Source of the DNA: an uncultured Myroides sp.
GTDB taxonomy: Bacteria > Bacteroidota > Bacteroidia > Flavobacteriales > Flavobacteriaceae
NCBI GenBank assembly: GCA_913777665.1
Contig: CAJYTF010000031.1
Coordinates: forward strand, 11,852 to 75,851
Reading direction: 5' to 3'
DNA: 64,000 nt
Position numbers and translations under genes: made by a program. Below, in pieces: positions 9,765-20,288 of this stretch (positions are counted from its first letter, which is position 1; the number at the start of each line of letters is the position of its first letter). The notes under the pieces are model-generated. The model had not been told where the DNA came from and made no database searches. It saw only the letters and a program-made list of their open reading frames with translations.

Positions 9765-11450
9765 ATGACAGAAATAAAATACATAACAAGAACACGGGCA
9801 CAAGAATCATCGGCAGCGGTAGAACGTTTATACATAACCATGCGCCATTTGTTTAACCGCGGTTTTTACAAACCAATGGGTGTTTCGGGCGAAACACTGC
9901 GCGAAGCTTTATTGCTTTTACGCCCTGAAATTTACGGATCGATTGCCGATGAAAAAGTAGAGTTAAGCGGTTTACTTTATGTAATTGAACGCTTGCCAAT
10001 TGGTATTGAAGAATGTCGATACATCAATTTAACATCAGACGAAGGTTATTCGCAATCGCACTTTAAACCGATTGTTCCACCAAAACGCCGCCGCAATTGT
10101 TACCGCATCGATTACGAACAAATGAACATCGAAATCACGCGCGGTCGATCTGATATTTATGACGTTTTAACGCATTTAACCTTTATGTTTGTGGAATCGC
10201 ACAAAATTAAAGACCGCATTTTAATAGACGATGACGACAATGTTTCGCGTGATTGGTTAAAGCTGGAACATGCCGTTTTAACTCAAGAACCTTTATCGCT
10301 CACAGAACGCGAAATAGCCATATCGCATACCACCATTATTTTAGGCAGAAGCTTCGCCGAAATTAACGATATTTACAGCGCATTTGCTACCGAAGAAAAT
10401 CCCGATCGTTTTTTACACGTAATTTACTGGCTGGGAAAAATTGCTTTAGAAGAAGTTTTGGAAAACAACAAAAGAACCATTACTTTTAGTCCGATTTTGC
10501 GCGAGCGTTTGGGGCATCATATTTACGGCGAAATTTGGGCAACCAAAATAAAAACCGAATTACAGCGTTTACAGTTGTTAAACCGTCCGTTACACATCAT
10601 CAGTGCGAACATGCATAGTGTAATGAATTCGATTTTTGCTGCGGATGTTTTAAAATCGAAATTCAGAGGGAAAGATAAAACCGAAATTTTTGAAGAGTTA
10701 AGCAAAACCAGAAACAGCGATTTGCGTGCTTTGGTTGCCGAACGCGCTACAAATGAAGGAATGCTTTTTTTGCCGGATACATCAGGAACAAATATTGACG
10801 TACAGATTTTTGATACCGCTAAAATAAAGTTCGAAAACACAGCGTTTAGTAAATACGCAGTCCCAGAAAACACAGCAGATAAACCGGTACTTATTGTAAT
10901 GGATTATGCTTTTGGCGAGCAGGCTTATGAAACGATCGATGAATTGTTGAAACCTTTTAATAGAGATTTTCATTTGAATGTAGAATCGGTTTCAATCATG
11001 GGAAAAGCAGGGATTTTGGTTGGAGAAAAAGGCGATATCATGATTCCAACAGCGCATATTAATGAAGGAACAGGCGACAATTATCCGTTTGAAAACGAAT
11101 TAAACGTAGAAATGTTTGAAGGGAATGATATTCCGGTTTTTGGCGGATCTATGATTACCGTTTTAGGAACATCGTTGCAAAACAAAGATTTATTAAAGTT
11201 CTTTCATGATTCAACCTGGCGAGTAATTGGATTGGAAATGGAAGGCGCACATTATCAAAAAGCCATACAGTCGGCATCAAAAATACGCAAAAGCATCAAC
11301 CCAAATATTAAAGTAAGGTATGCTTATTACGCATCAGATAATCCACTGGAAACAGGAAGTACATTGGCTTCGGGCGGTTTAGGAGCATCGGGCGTAAAAC
11401 CAACATACTTAATAACCATAAAAATACTAGAACAAATTTTTAATTGTTAA
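9765..11450 (+). CDS. Conserved hypothetical protein (DUF6909-like); C-terminal nucleoside phosphorylase/nucleosidase-like motifs
   Basis: 561 aa; GKAGIL, GDIMIP, GLEMEGAHY, YASDNPL; family name from recall. Confidence 0.7.
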   Translation: MTEIKYITRTRAQESSAAVERLYITMRHLFNRGFYKPMGVSGETLREALLLLRPEIYGSIADEKVELSGLLYVIERLPIGIEECRYINLTSDEGYSQSHFKPIVPPKRRRNCYRIDYEQMNIEITRGRSDIYDVLTHLTFMFVESHKIKDRILIDDDDNVSRDWLKLEHAVLTQEPLSLTEREIAISHTTIILGRSFAEINDIYSAFATEENPDRFLHVIYWLGKIALEEVLENNKRTITFSPILRERLGHHIYGEIWATKIKTELQRLQLLNRPLHIISANMHSVMNSIFAADVLKSKFRGKDKTEIFEELSKTRNSDLRALVAERATNEGMLFLPDTSGTNIDVQIFDTAKIKFENTAFSKYAVPENTADKPVLIVMDYAFGEQAYETIDELLKPFNRDFHLNVESVSIMGKAGILVGEKGDIMIPTAHINEGTGDNYPFENELNVEMFEGNDIPVFGGSMITVLGTSLQNKDLLKFFHDSTWRVIGLEMEGAHYQKAIQSASKIRKSINPNIKVRYAYYASDNPLETGSTLASGGLGASGVKPTYLITIKILEQIFNC

Positions 11451-11451
11451 T

Positions 11452-12396
11452 ATGCAAGAAAAACTATCAAATCATAATGCGGATCTGCCTAACGAAGTAG
11501 ATGTTAAGTATATGGCTCAACGCGCAAACGGTTTTTACAATAATTTCATTTTAAATCTTTATCGTCTGTTGCGTTTTATTGTGCGCAGATGGTATGTTTT
11601 TTTAGGTCTTTTAGTTGTTGGAATTGCGTTAGGAATTTATGTTGATTCTACAAAATCGAGCAGATTAAGACATGAGCTGATTGTGGTGCCGAATTTTGGA
11701 AGTATCGATTATTTAAATCAGAAAGTAAAAGATTATGACCGTTTAGAGCTTAACAAAAAATTGATTTCAATTAACGCAGGTAACGAAGTTTACAAACTTA
11801 AGATCGAACCAATTTACGATGCGTATAATTATATTTTAACCGATCCTGTTCATTTTGAAGCCTTTAAAGTTTTAAGTGATCGCGGTATTGATATTGAAAA
11901 ATATTCAAAAAGTAAACTGGCGTCAAAAAATTATAAATACCATCTTTTAACGGTTTATACCGAAGGTTTGGGAAAGACCGATTTAAGTATCGAGAAAATT
12001 CTAGAAGAACTAAACAGTGATCCTTATTTTAACAAGCGCAAAGAAATTGAAAAAACGAATACGCTTGCAAAACGTGCAGAAATAGTAAAATCTATCGAAC
12101 ATATTAACGGTTTGTTTCAACGTTTGGGTAGCGAAAATAAAGTGAACGATATTACCATGAACGCTTATCCGGAATTAGCAGATCTTTTAACGGCCAAAGA
12201 AGGGTTAATGAAACAGTTAAACGCTGTTGATGTTCAGTTAATTGAGCAAGAAAAAGTGGTGTATGTTGCAACCAAATTCATGAATATTGCGGTAAGTCCG
12301 TTTTTACCTTACTATATTACATTACCGTTATTTTTCATGTTTGTATATATTGTAATTGCTTATTTAAATTCTAAAATAAAGAGTTTAAAAAATTAG
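11452..12396 (+). CDS. Wzz-like polysaccharide chain-length/co-polymerase protein
   Basis: N- and C-terminal TM helices flanking a coiled-coil-like region; first gene of the glycan cluster. Confidence 0.6.
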   Translation: MQEKLSNHNADLPNEVDVKYMAQRANGFYNNFILNLYRLLRFIVRRWYVFLGLLVVGIALGIYVDSTKSSRLRHELIVVPNFGSIDYLNQKVKDYDRLELNKKLISINAGNEVYKLKIEPIYDAYNYILTDPVHFEAFKVLSDRGIDIEKYSKSKLASKNYKYHLLTVYTEGLGKTDLSIEKILEELNSDPYFNKRKEIEKTNTLAKRAEIVKSIEHINGLFQRLGSENKVNDITMNAYPELADLLTAKEGLMKQLNAVDVQLIEQEKVVYVATKFMNIAVSPFLPYYITLPLFFMFVYIVIAYLNSKIKSLKN

Positions 12397-12401
12397 ACTT
12401 T

Positions 12402-13610
12402 TTGGATAATCAAACCTCAATAAAAAACATTCTAATACATGGTGCCGGACAAGTTGTTAATTTGCTGGCGCCTTTTTTAGTTGCATTGTACGTTATTCCG
12501 GTTTGTGGTGTTGATAAATGGGGAATTGTAGGCTTAGTTACAACAGTTTATATTTTATTAGGATTGATTATTGAATTTGGTGCGAATTTAATCGGAGTAA
12601 AAGAAATTAGTGCTTACCGATCTAAAATAACGTACTTAAAAAACTACATAGGTTTAAATTACAGATATCGGTTGATTTGCTGCATTGTGTTAACAATTCT
12701 GCTTGTAATTATCTTTATTGCATTAAATGTAGATAAAACATATTATTGGGGATTAACATGGATTGTTGCTTGGTATTACAATCCAATCTGGATTTATCAG
12801 GCACAAGAATCTTTTAAAAAAATCAACCACATCATTTTTTGGTCGAAACTAATTTATGTAATTGGTATCTATCTTTTGATAAAAAAACCGGAAGATTATG
12901 TGTATGTCGTGGGAATTTTAGGGGTAGCGAACAGTATAATTTATGCGTGGTTTTACTACAAAATATCAAAAAACACTAAATTATCAATAAAAAGAGTAGC
13001 GGTTTTTATCCAACAAAATAAATCCATAGTACTGTCTAATTTCTCCATTAGTTTTTATACACAAGCACCAGTATTTATTATCAACACGTTGTTAGGAAAT
13101 ACGTATGCCGGAATTTATAAGATAATCGATTTGTTTTTAGTTGCTTTCAGAAGTTATTTAGGTGTGTTCTTCAATGTTACCTATCCAAGCTACTGCAGTT
13201 TAATCATAACAAATTTTAAAGCCGCAAAAGCGTATGTTTTTAAAATGACGTTTTTTAACGTGATGTTTTTATCAATAATAGCGGTAGTAATTGTATTTAT
13301 AATGCCTTATTTGGCTACCTTTTTCGATTTGAATAATAAAGTAAATGAAGGATTGAAATTAAGCAGTTTCTTACTATTTTTACCAATAATCGTTGCATTG
13401 AACATTCCGTTTTATCAAACATTATTGTTTAAAAATCAACACAGAAAAATCTTAATAATTTTAAGTGCTGCTTTATTAATTACGGTAGTTTTAGGTTTTG
13501 TTTTAACTTACAATTACAGTTTGTATGGTATTATTGCTACTTTGTATATTACAGAAATTTTTGTAACCGGAAGTATGTGGATAACTGGTAAAAAAGAATT
13601 ATCGACATGA
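12402..13610 (+). CDS. Wzx-type oligosaccharide flippase
   Basis: About 400 aa polytopic membrane protein; IEFGANLIGVKEI and W.YQAQE patterns. Confidence 0.8.
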   Translation: MDNQTSIKNILIHGAGQVVNLLAPFLVALYVIPVCGVDKWGIVGLVTTVYILLGLIIEFGANLIGVKEISAYRSKITYLKNYIGLNYRYRLICCIVLTILLVIIFIALNVDKTYYWGLTWIVAWYYNPIWIYQAQESFKKINHIIFWSKLIYVIGIYLLIKKPEDYVYVVGILGVANSIIYAWFYYKISKNTKLSIKRVAVFIQQNKSIVLSNFSISFYTQAPVFIINTLLGNTYAGIYKIIDLFLVAFRSYLGVFFNVTYPSYCSLIITNFKAAKAYVFKMTFFNVMFLSIIAVVIVFIMPYLATFFDLNNKVNEGLKLSSFLLFLPIIVALNIPFYQTLLFKNQHRKILIILSAALLITVVLGFVLTYNYSLYGIIATLYITEIFVTGSMWITGKKELST

Positions 13611-14539
13611 AAAACACTACCTACATAATTCTTTTAAATCACAATGGCAGCAACGATACCTGCGATTGTATCCTTTCATTACAAAAAATGACTGCGACTG
13701 ATTTTAAGATTATTGTTGTAGATAATTCTTCTAATCCTGATGAGTTCACAAAACTTATTCAGTTTGTAAAAAGTCAGCGGATACCATTTGTAAGCTTTCA
13801 TCAAAACGAAGATAAAGGAATCAATAACGAACAAATTATCTTAATAAAAGCCAAAGAAAACAAAGGGTTTGCACATGGTAATAATATTGCATTACAATTT
13901 GGTTTAAAGCAAAATAATGCAGCTTATTTCTGGATTTTAAACAATGATACCACTGTTGATGCTGAAGCTTTAAGCGAATTAATTTCGTATCAAAAGCAGC
14001 ATCCTAAAACTATTTTGGGTAGCAAATTATTGTATTTTTATGATAATGAAACGATCCAAGCGGTTGGAGGATCTTTTAACCAAACATTTTACATTTCAGA
14101 ACACGTTGGCGAAGGAAAAAGAAAAGGTGTTTTAAAGAAAGATTTACCAAGTATTGATTATCCGCATGGTGCTTCTATGTTTGTGTCGAAATCATTTGTG
14201 GAAGAAGTAGGTTTATTAAACGAAGATTTTTTTCTGTATTATGAAGAATTAGATTGGGTGTATCGCGCAAAAAGCAAAGGATATAAACCCGATTGGTGCG
14301 AAAAAAGCATTGTTTACCATAAAGAAGGAGCTACCATAGGATCATCTTACAAAAAAAAGAAAAGCATCTTTTCTGAAACACAGCTTTTTATCAGCAGAAA
14401 AAAATTCATTAAAAAATACTATTCGTTAGGTTTTAAATTTTATTTTTCAAGCTTATTATTAATAGTAAACAGATTGCGCAAAGGACAATTAGCATTGGCT
14501 AAAAAACTGATTAAAATTACATTTAATGACGTTAAATAA
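13607..14539 (+). CDS. Glycosyltransferase family 2
   Basis: VVDNSS, ENKGFAHGNN, ILNNDT, FLYYEELDW. Confidence 0.9.
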   Translation: MKNTTYIILLNHNGSNDTCDCILSLQKMTATDFKIIVVDNSSNPDEFTKLIQFVKSQRIPFVSFHQNEDKGINNEQIILIKAKENKGFAHGNNIALQFGLKQNNAAYFWILNNDTTVDAEALSELISYQKQHPKTILGSKLLYFYDNETIQAVGGSFNQTFYISEHVGEGKRKGVLKKDLPSIDYPHGASMFVSKSFVEEVGLLNEDFFLYYEELDWVYRAKSKGYKPDWCEKSIVYHKEGATIGSSYKKKKSIFSETQLFISRKKFIKKYYSLGFKFYFSSLLLIVNRLRKGQLALAKKLIKITFNDVK

Positions 14540-15842
14540 ACAGGTAATTATATATTTAATAGTAATTTTTGCTGCTATTTATCAAGATTTTCCGCTGCAT
14601 AATGTGGTGGGCGAAATTGGTAGGTCGCCTGTTGTGTTATTGGCGCCTTTTATGCTTGTTTATATTTTATCTAACCAAACAATAAAATTCAGTAATTACG
14701 CAGTACACTATTTAAAGTATCTGCTTTACACTGTCTTAATATCGGCTGTTTTTCTCGTAATATCCTACATTCATAATGAAACGCTTGTGGTTTTAGATGA
14801 AAATATCATTATTAAAACACTTAAAATGAGTGTTTACCCAATTGTTATTTTTATTCTGTATCAGTTTTTTTACTCCTATTTAAGTAATAATTTTAGTAAA
14901 GTAAGAAATCTTTTTTCGGCTGTATCTTTAACGCAGTTGTTTATAACTGCATTTTTAACGGTAGAGATATACTTCTTAAAAACGAATGAAATTTTCTTGC
15001 CTTTTTTACACACACTGGCAAAAAAATATTGGCGTGTTCGACTATTAACACCCGAAGAAAGCTGGACGGGTACCATATTGATCATTTTTATTTTCCTACC
15101 TATTTTCCTGATACATTACTTAAAAATTAAAGGTTTTTGGAAATGGATGGTCTATTTGCAAAGTGTTTATTTGTTTTTAGCATACTCATTGGTGAGTGAA
15201 TCTAAAGGATTTTTACTATTGGTATTGTTATCAATTTTACCTTTAACGCTATCATATCTAAAGAAAAACAAATACTTACGAAATGCATTTGTAATTGCTA
15301 TTGCGCTGCTTTTAGTCGTAGGTGGATATTTAGGTTTTGTTTTGCGTGAAATTATAGCAGAACAAATCACAACCAGCGGAACTTTCGGCACACGATTTTC
15401 ATCAGTTATAACCTCTTTATCTGTTTTTGTTTTGTGTCCGTTAGGCGTGGGGTGGAGCGGTTTTGTAACCTATTATCCGCAAGTTTTAGAATATATTTTA
15501 GAATCAAGCATCGTAGATCAGTTCAATTTGCAGGAAATTCGCGGATATTTGTCAACAACCCAAGCATTATCAACTAAAAGTGCGTTTTTTGATGAATTGA
15601 TGTTCGGCGGCATTTTCTTCATTATTTTCTTTTATCAATTCTATATCAAAAGATATTTAACGTTAAGCAAAATACAGGATTTAGATTTTTATTTTTTACG
15701 AATTCCGTTAGCGTTTGCAGTTATGGCAGGAATTGTTTATATTACCTATCACGTTAAATATGATGTGTGGATTTTCCTGGCAATTGCCGATGTTTTTGAA
15801 AAGAAATATAATTTAAAGAAGAATGAAGATAGCAGTTGTTAG
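14526..15842 (+). CDS. Wzy-like polysaccharide polymerase
   Basis: Polytopic membrane protein with loop motifs EESW, SKG, TR...PLGVG. Confidence 0.6.
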   Translation: MTLNKQVIIYLIVIFAAIYQDFPLHNVVGEIGRSPVVLLAPFMLVYILSNQTIKFSNYAVHYLKYLLYTVLISAVFLVISYIHNETLVVLDENIIIKTLKMSVYPIVIFILYQFFYSYLSNNFSKVRNLFSAVSLTQLFITAFLTVEIYFLKTNEIFLPFLHTLAKKYWRVRLLTPEESWTGTILIIFIFLPIFLIHYLKIKGFWKWMVYLQSVYLFLAYSLVSESKGFLLLVLLSILPLTLSYLKKNKYLRNAFVIAIALLLVVGGYLGFVLREIIAEQITTSGTFGTRFSSVITSLSVFVLCPLGVGWSGFVTYYPQVLEYILESSIVDQFNLQEIRGYLSTTQALSTKSAFFDELMFGGIFFIIFFYQFYIKRYLTLSKIQDLDFYFLRIPLAFAVMAGIVYITYHVKYDVWIFLAIADVFEKKYNLKKNEDSSC

Positions 15843-16956
15843 CGGATTTATTCCTTCGCCTCCCATTTTTGGCGGAGCTATCGATGTTTGGGAACGAATA
15901 AAAGGGCTCACTTCTTTAGGGCATGAAGTTGATTTGGTGGTTACCGAAAAGGTAAATCCTACCCAAAAACAAATCGATGAAATTGCTTTACACACGCGTC
16001 ATTTTTTCTTTACTCGCCGTAAAAATCAGTTGCAGCAACTTTTTAGTAATTTACCATTGCAATTTTTAAGTCGGAAAGGTTTGGCTTCGATCGATATCAA
16101 CCAAACCTACGATTTGGTAATTTTAGAAAGCGAATTTTGCTGGGCAATCACTCTTAATAAATCCATCAGCTATAAAAATATTGTGGTTCGGGTTCATAAT
16201 ATTGAAAGTCATTATTTTAAAATGCTGGGCAAAAGCTCCAACAGTTTAAGACAGAAGATTTATTATAAGCTTGAAACATCAAAAATTAAACATTTGTCTG
16301 CCTTGGTTTTTGATAAAGCCGATAAATTATGGTTTATTTCAAAAGACGATTTATCTGCTGTAAACCTTTTAAATAAAAGTGTTTTTATGCCTTTTCCTAT
16401 TAACGACGAGATTGTTGTTCCGACTGAAAAAGCAGGAAATAATGTGGTTTTTATGGGATCGCTTTTTATGCAGAACAACACCTTTGGTTTAGATTGGTAT
16501 TTAAAAAATATTCATCCTTTACTGATTGCTGAAGTTCCTGATTATCATTTTTATATTGTTGGATCTTTAAAAGAAGAAAATCAAGAGATTCAGGAAAAAT
16601 ATAGTCATTTGCCACAAGTTACTTTTGTTGTAAACGCACCGTGTTTAAAGCAGTACTATCAATTGGCAAAGGTGTTTGTAAACCCAATGTTTCATGGTAG
16701 CGGTGTTAAAGTAAAATCGGTAAACGCGTTGATAAATGGTGTTCCGTTGGTAAGTACAAGTGTTGGTGCCGAAGGTATTGGGTTAACGCACGATATGTAT
16801 TTTCATGCCGATGAATTGTTCGATTTTAAAAATCAGATTTTATCTGCTATAAATAATCAGCAAAATGCCATTGAAAAAACCTTGAAAGCGCAGGAATATC
16901 TTAAAAAAAATAATTATCTTGATGTTTTAAAAACCGAATTGAATGCGTTTAGCTAA
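15823..16956 (+). CDS. Glycosyltransferase family 4
   Basis: VFVNPMFHGSGVKVKSVNALINGVPLVST. Confidence 0.85.
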   Translation: MKIAVVSGFIPSPPIFGGAIDVWERIKGLTSLGHEVDLVVTEKVNPTQKQIDEIALHTRHFFFTRRKNQLQQLFSNLPLQFLSRKGLASIDINQTYDLVILESEFCWAITLNKSISYKNIVVRVHNIESHYFKMLGKSSNSLRQKIYYKLETSKIKHLSALVFDKADKLWFISKDDLSAVNLLNKSVFMPFPINDEIVVPTEKAGNNVVFMGSLFMQNNTFGLDWYLKNIHPLLIAEVPDYHFYIVGSLKEENQEIQEKYSHLPQVTFVVNAPCLKQYYQLAKVFVNPMFHGSGVKVKSVNALINGVPLVSTSVGAEGIGLTHDMYFHADELFDFKNQILSAINNQQNAIEKTLKAQEYLKKNNYLDVLKTELNAFS

Positions 16957-18169
16957 AGTTTTTTATTTTAGTACCTGTGCGTTAGGACTTTTTCCGATTT
17001 TAAAACTGAACCACTTCTCTATTTTAATGATGATCTGGTTTGTTTTAGCATTGATAAATGCGCTTAAAAATAAAACATTTCCACTTTTAAAAACACATAA
17101 ATTTACCTTTTTAATATTGGCATTTTTGTGCCTAATGTATGTGTTTTATCTTCCGTTTGCAGATAATTTTAAAGAATTAGGTAAATCAATCACTAAAAGT
17201 CTGCCTTTTCTAATTTTTTCCATAGGATTTATTATAAACAAAGACATTGTTAACAAAAAACTGCTGCAAACTTTCGGATCAGTTTACATCACATCCGTTT
17301 TTGTATTGAATGGTTTAGGTTGGTTTAAAGTATTTAATTTTGGTTGGAACAACGCTTGGCAGCAAAACGATTTTTACCATCCTATTTTCCGGAATTTGTT
17401 TGCCGAAGCCACATCTTTACACTTGCCTTATTTAGGTTTGTTGACAATTTTTGCTGCTTTGTGGCTAACGTTTAAGATGTTTTTCAACAGAAAAATAAAC
17501 TTGTTAAGTATTTTTGCAATCGTATTTTTATTGACCTCGACGTACATTTATTCAGCCCGAATCGCATTAGCGTGCTATTTAATCGGTTTGCTGTTTATCG
17601 TTTTTAAATCAATACAAAACCAAACTATAAAATGGGGTCTTTTAATTGCTTTACCGTTATGCGCTTTGGCTTTTTTCTGGTTTTCGCCCATGAAGGAACG
17701 ATACATAAAAGTGGTTGAAAAAGACCTAGTTTTGCCAAATAAAGATCAGGAACCACACGAAGTTAATTACCGCTACGGAATTTGGCATTGCGCGACCAAT
17801 CTGATATCAGATCATTTAGTGTTGGGAGTTGGAGCCGATAAGGTTCAAGAAAAATTAAACAATTGTTACAGCGGATTTACTTACAAATCGTACGAAGATT
17901 TTTCAAAAGTTACTTACAACACACACAATCAGTATTTCGATCAAATGTTGAAATTCGGCATTTTCGGTTTGATCTTATTTTTTCTAGCGTTGTTTTATTT
18001 CTATCCAAATTCGTCGGTATTATATCAAACATTTATAATTGTTGTTTCAATAAGTTTTTTAACAGAAAACCTTTTAGACCGTCAAATAGGTGTAGTATTC
18101 ATTTCGTTGTTAAATACTATTTTTGTACTTCTTAAATTAAACAAGGTTGAAAAAAGCATTAGTAGTTGA
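16943..18169 (+). CDS. O-antigen ligase/Wzy_C family protein
   Basis: SARIA, RYGIW, LGVG and NTHNQY motifs; polytopic. Confidence 0.8.
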   Translation: MRLAKVFYFSTCALGLFPILKLNHFSILMMIWFVLALINALKNKTFPLLKTHKFTFLILAFLCLMYVFYLPFADNFKELGKSITKSLPFLIFSIGFIINKDIVNKKLLQTFGSVYITSVFVLNGLGWFKVFNFGWNNAWQQNDFYHPIFRNLFAEATSLHLPYLGLLTIFAALWLTFKMFFNRKINLLSIFAIVFLLTSTYIYSARIALACYLIGLLFIVFKSIQNQTIKWGLLIALPLCALAFFWFSPMKERYIKVVEKDLVLPNKDQEPHEVNYRYGIWHCATNLISDHLVLGVGADKVQEKLNNCYSGFTYKSYEDFSKVTYNTHNQYFDQMLKFGIFGLILFFLALFYFYPNSSVLYQTFIIVVSISFLTENLLDRQIGVVFISLLNTIFVLLKLNKVEKSISS

Positions 18170-19226
18170 TTGGTTGGATAAATACGGTGGTGCAGAACGC
18201 GTGTTGACGTCTTTGCAGAACGTTTTTCAGTTTAATGAAACGCATGCTTTGGTTGATATTATGAAGAAAAATGATTTAAAAAAAATTTTTCCTGATAATT
18301 ATTCCATTAAAACTACTTTGTTGCAAAAATTTGGAAGATATTTCAGAGCCTTTTTCTTCACATTTCATTATTTTACATCAAAAATTAAAGTCGATAAAGA
18401 CATTGATTTAATTATTTCTTCGTCACATGCGGTGGCAAAAGGAGTAAAAAAATCATCGGTTAATCAGTTGCATATCAGTTACTTTCAGGCTCGAAATTTT
18501 AAATATATTTGGGATGAGGTTGATTTGTATTTTGGGAAAGCAACTTTTATTTTAAAACCTATTATTAATTTGCTTCGAAAGATTGATGTACGCCAAGCGC
18601 AACGTCCCGATTTTATCATAAGCAATTCAAAATTCGTTCAAAACTGGGTAAAGCAAACCTATAACAGAGATTCGGTTGTAATTTATCCGCCAGTAAGTTT
18701 AGAGCATTTCACTTTTTGCGATGCTAAAGAAGATTATTACGTTGCCATTGGGCGTATTGTGCCTTACAAACGTTTTGATTTGGTTGTGGAAGCCTTTAAT
18801 ATGTCAACCAAAAAACTAATTATTATTGGCGATGGCGATCAATTGTCAAAATTAAAAAGCATTGCAAAACCAAATATTCAGTTTACAGGCTATCTAGATT
18901 CTGCCGAAGTGAATAAAATACTTTCAAAAGCAAAAGCCTTTATTCATATAGGTTTAGAAGATTTCGGAATTGCACCAATTGAAGCGCAGGCTTGCGGTAC
19001 GCCTGTAATTGCCTACAAAGCAGGCGGTGTTTTAGAGACCGTTATCAATGGCAAAACTGGTATTTTGTTTAACGAGCAAACAACAGCATCTTTAATAACG
19101 GCTATTCATGAATTTGAGACTAAAACATTTAATTTATCTGAAATTCGTAACCATGCTTTTACTTTTTCTAGAGAACGGTTTGAGGCTGAAATGAAAGCCT
19201 ATGTTTCAAATCTTTTACCTATTTAG
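18147..19226 (+). CDS. Glycosyltransferase family 4 (mannosyltransferase-like)
   Basis: DWL..YGGAERV, RIVPYKR, EDFGIAPIEAQACGTPVIA. Confidence 0.9.
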   Translation: MKKALVVDWLDKYGGAERVLTSLQNVFQFNETHALVDIMKKNDLKKIFPDNYSIKTTLLQKFGRYFRAFFFTFHYFTSKIKVDKDIDLIISSSHAVAKGVKKSSVNQLHISYFQARNFKYIWDEVDLYFGKATFILKPIINLLRKIDVRQAQRPDFIISNSKFVQNWVKQTYNRDSVVIYPPVSLEHFTFCDAKEDYYVAIGRIVPYKRFDLVVEAFNMSTKKLIIIGDGDQLSKLKSIAKPNIQFTGYLDSAEVNKILSKAKAFIHIGLEDFGIAPIEAQACGTPVIAYKAGGVLETVINGKTGILFNEQTTASLITAIHEFETKTFNLSEIRNHAFTFSRERFEAEMKAYVSNLLPI

Positions 19227-19304
19227 ATTTATTATGAAAAACTAATTTTAGGTCTTTTCTATAATTATTTTAAACCGTACTTTTGCTTAACAAAATATTC
19301 ACAA

Positions 19305-20288
19305 ATGAAACGGGTATTAATTACGGGTGCTGCAGGTTTTTTGGGTTCGCATTTATGTGATCGCTTTATAAACGAAGGTTTTTATGTTATTGGAATGGAT
19401 AACTTAATTACCGGCGATTTAAAAAATATTGCGCATTTGTTTAAAAACGAACATTTTGAGTTTTATCACCACGATGTAACCAAGTTTGTTCACGTACCCG
19501 GAAATTTAGATTACATTCTGCATTTTGCATCGCCGGCAAGTCCGATCGATTATTTAAAAATTCCCATACAAACCTTAAAAGTAGGGTCCTTAGGTACGCA
19601 CAATCTTTTAGGATTGGCAAAAGCCAAAAATGCCCGAATTTTAATTGCGTCAACTTCTGAAGTTTATGGCGACCCTTTAATTCATCCACAAAGCGAAGAT
19701 TACTACGGAAACGTAAATACGATTGGTCCACGCGGAGTTTACGATGAAGCCAAGCGTTTTCAGGAATCGTTAACTATGGCATATCATAATTTTCATGGTT
19801 TGGAAACGCGTATTGTTCGCATCTTCAACACTTACGGACCAAGAATGCGCTTGAACGATGGTCGCGTAATTCCGGCATTTATAGGTCAGGCTTTACGTGG
19901 CGAAGATTTAACGATTTTTGGCGATGGTAACCAAACGCGTTCTTTTTGTTATGTTGATGATCAGATCGAAGGAATTTTTAGATTGTTAATGAGCGATTAC
20001 CATTTGCCTGTAAATATTGGAAATCCTGATGAAATCACGATTAATGATTTTGCAAAAGAAATTATCCAGCTAACCGGAACCGATCAAAAAATAGTTTACA
20101 AACCTTTGCCAGAAAATGATCCGTTACAACGCCAACCCGATACTTCTTTAGCAAAAAAAATATTAAATTGGGAAGCAAAAACCGACCGTAAAACCGGTTT
20201 GCAGAAAACGTTTGATTATTTTAAAACTTTATCGGCAGAAGAATTACAAAAAGAAGAACACAAAGATTTTTCTAAATACATTTATTAG
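19305..20288 (+). CDS. UDP-glucuronic acid decarboxylase (UDP-xylose synthase), SDR family
   Basis: [40 protein letters not shown]. Confidence 0.92.
   Translation: MKRVLITGAAGFLGSHLCDRFINEGFYVIGMDNLITGDLKNIAHLFKNEHFEFYHHDVTKFVHVPGNLDYILHFASPASPIDYLKIPIQTLKVGSLGTHNLLGLAKAKNARILIASTSEVYGDPLIHPQSEDYYGNVNTIGPRGVYDEAKRFQESLTMAYHNFHGLETRIVRIFNTYGPRMRLNDGRVIPAFIGQALRGEDLTIFGDGNQTRSFCYVDDQIEGIFRLLMSDYHLPVNIGNPDEITINDFAKEIIQLTGTDQKIVYKPLPENDPLQRQPDTSLAKKILNWEAKTDRKTGLQKTFDYFKTLSAEELQKEEHKDFSKYIY

Noticed and set aside
14351-16910. A8 runs inside glycosyltransferase genes as phase-variation switches
   Set aside because: The frames are intact and such runs are expected in AT-rich, Lys-rich coding DNA; no supporting evidence.
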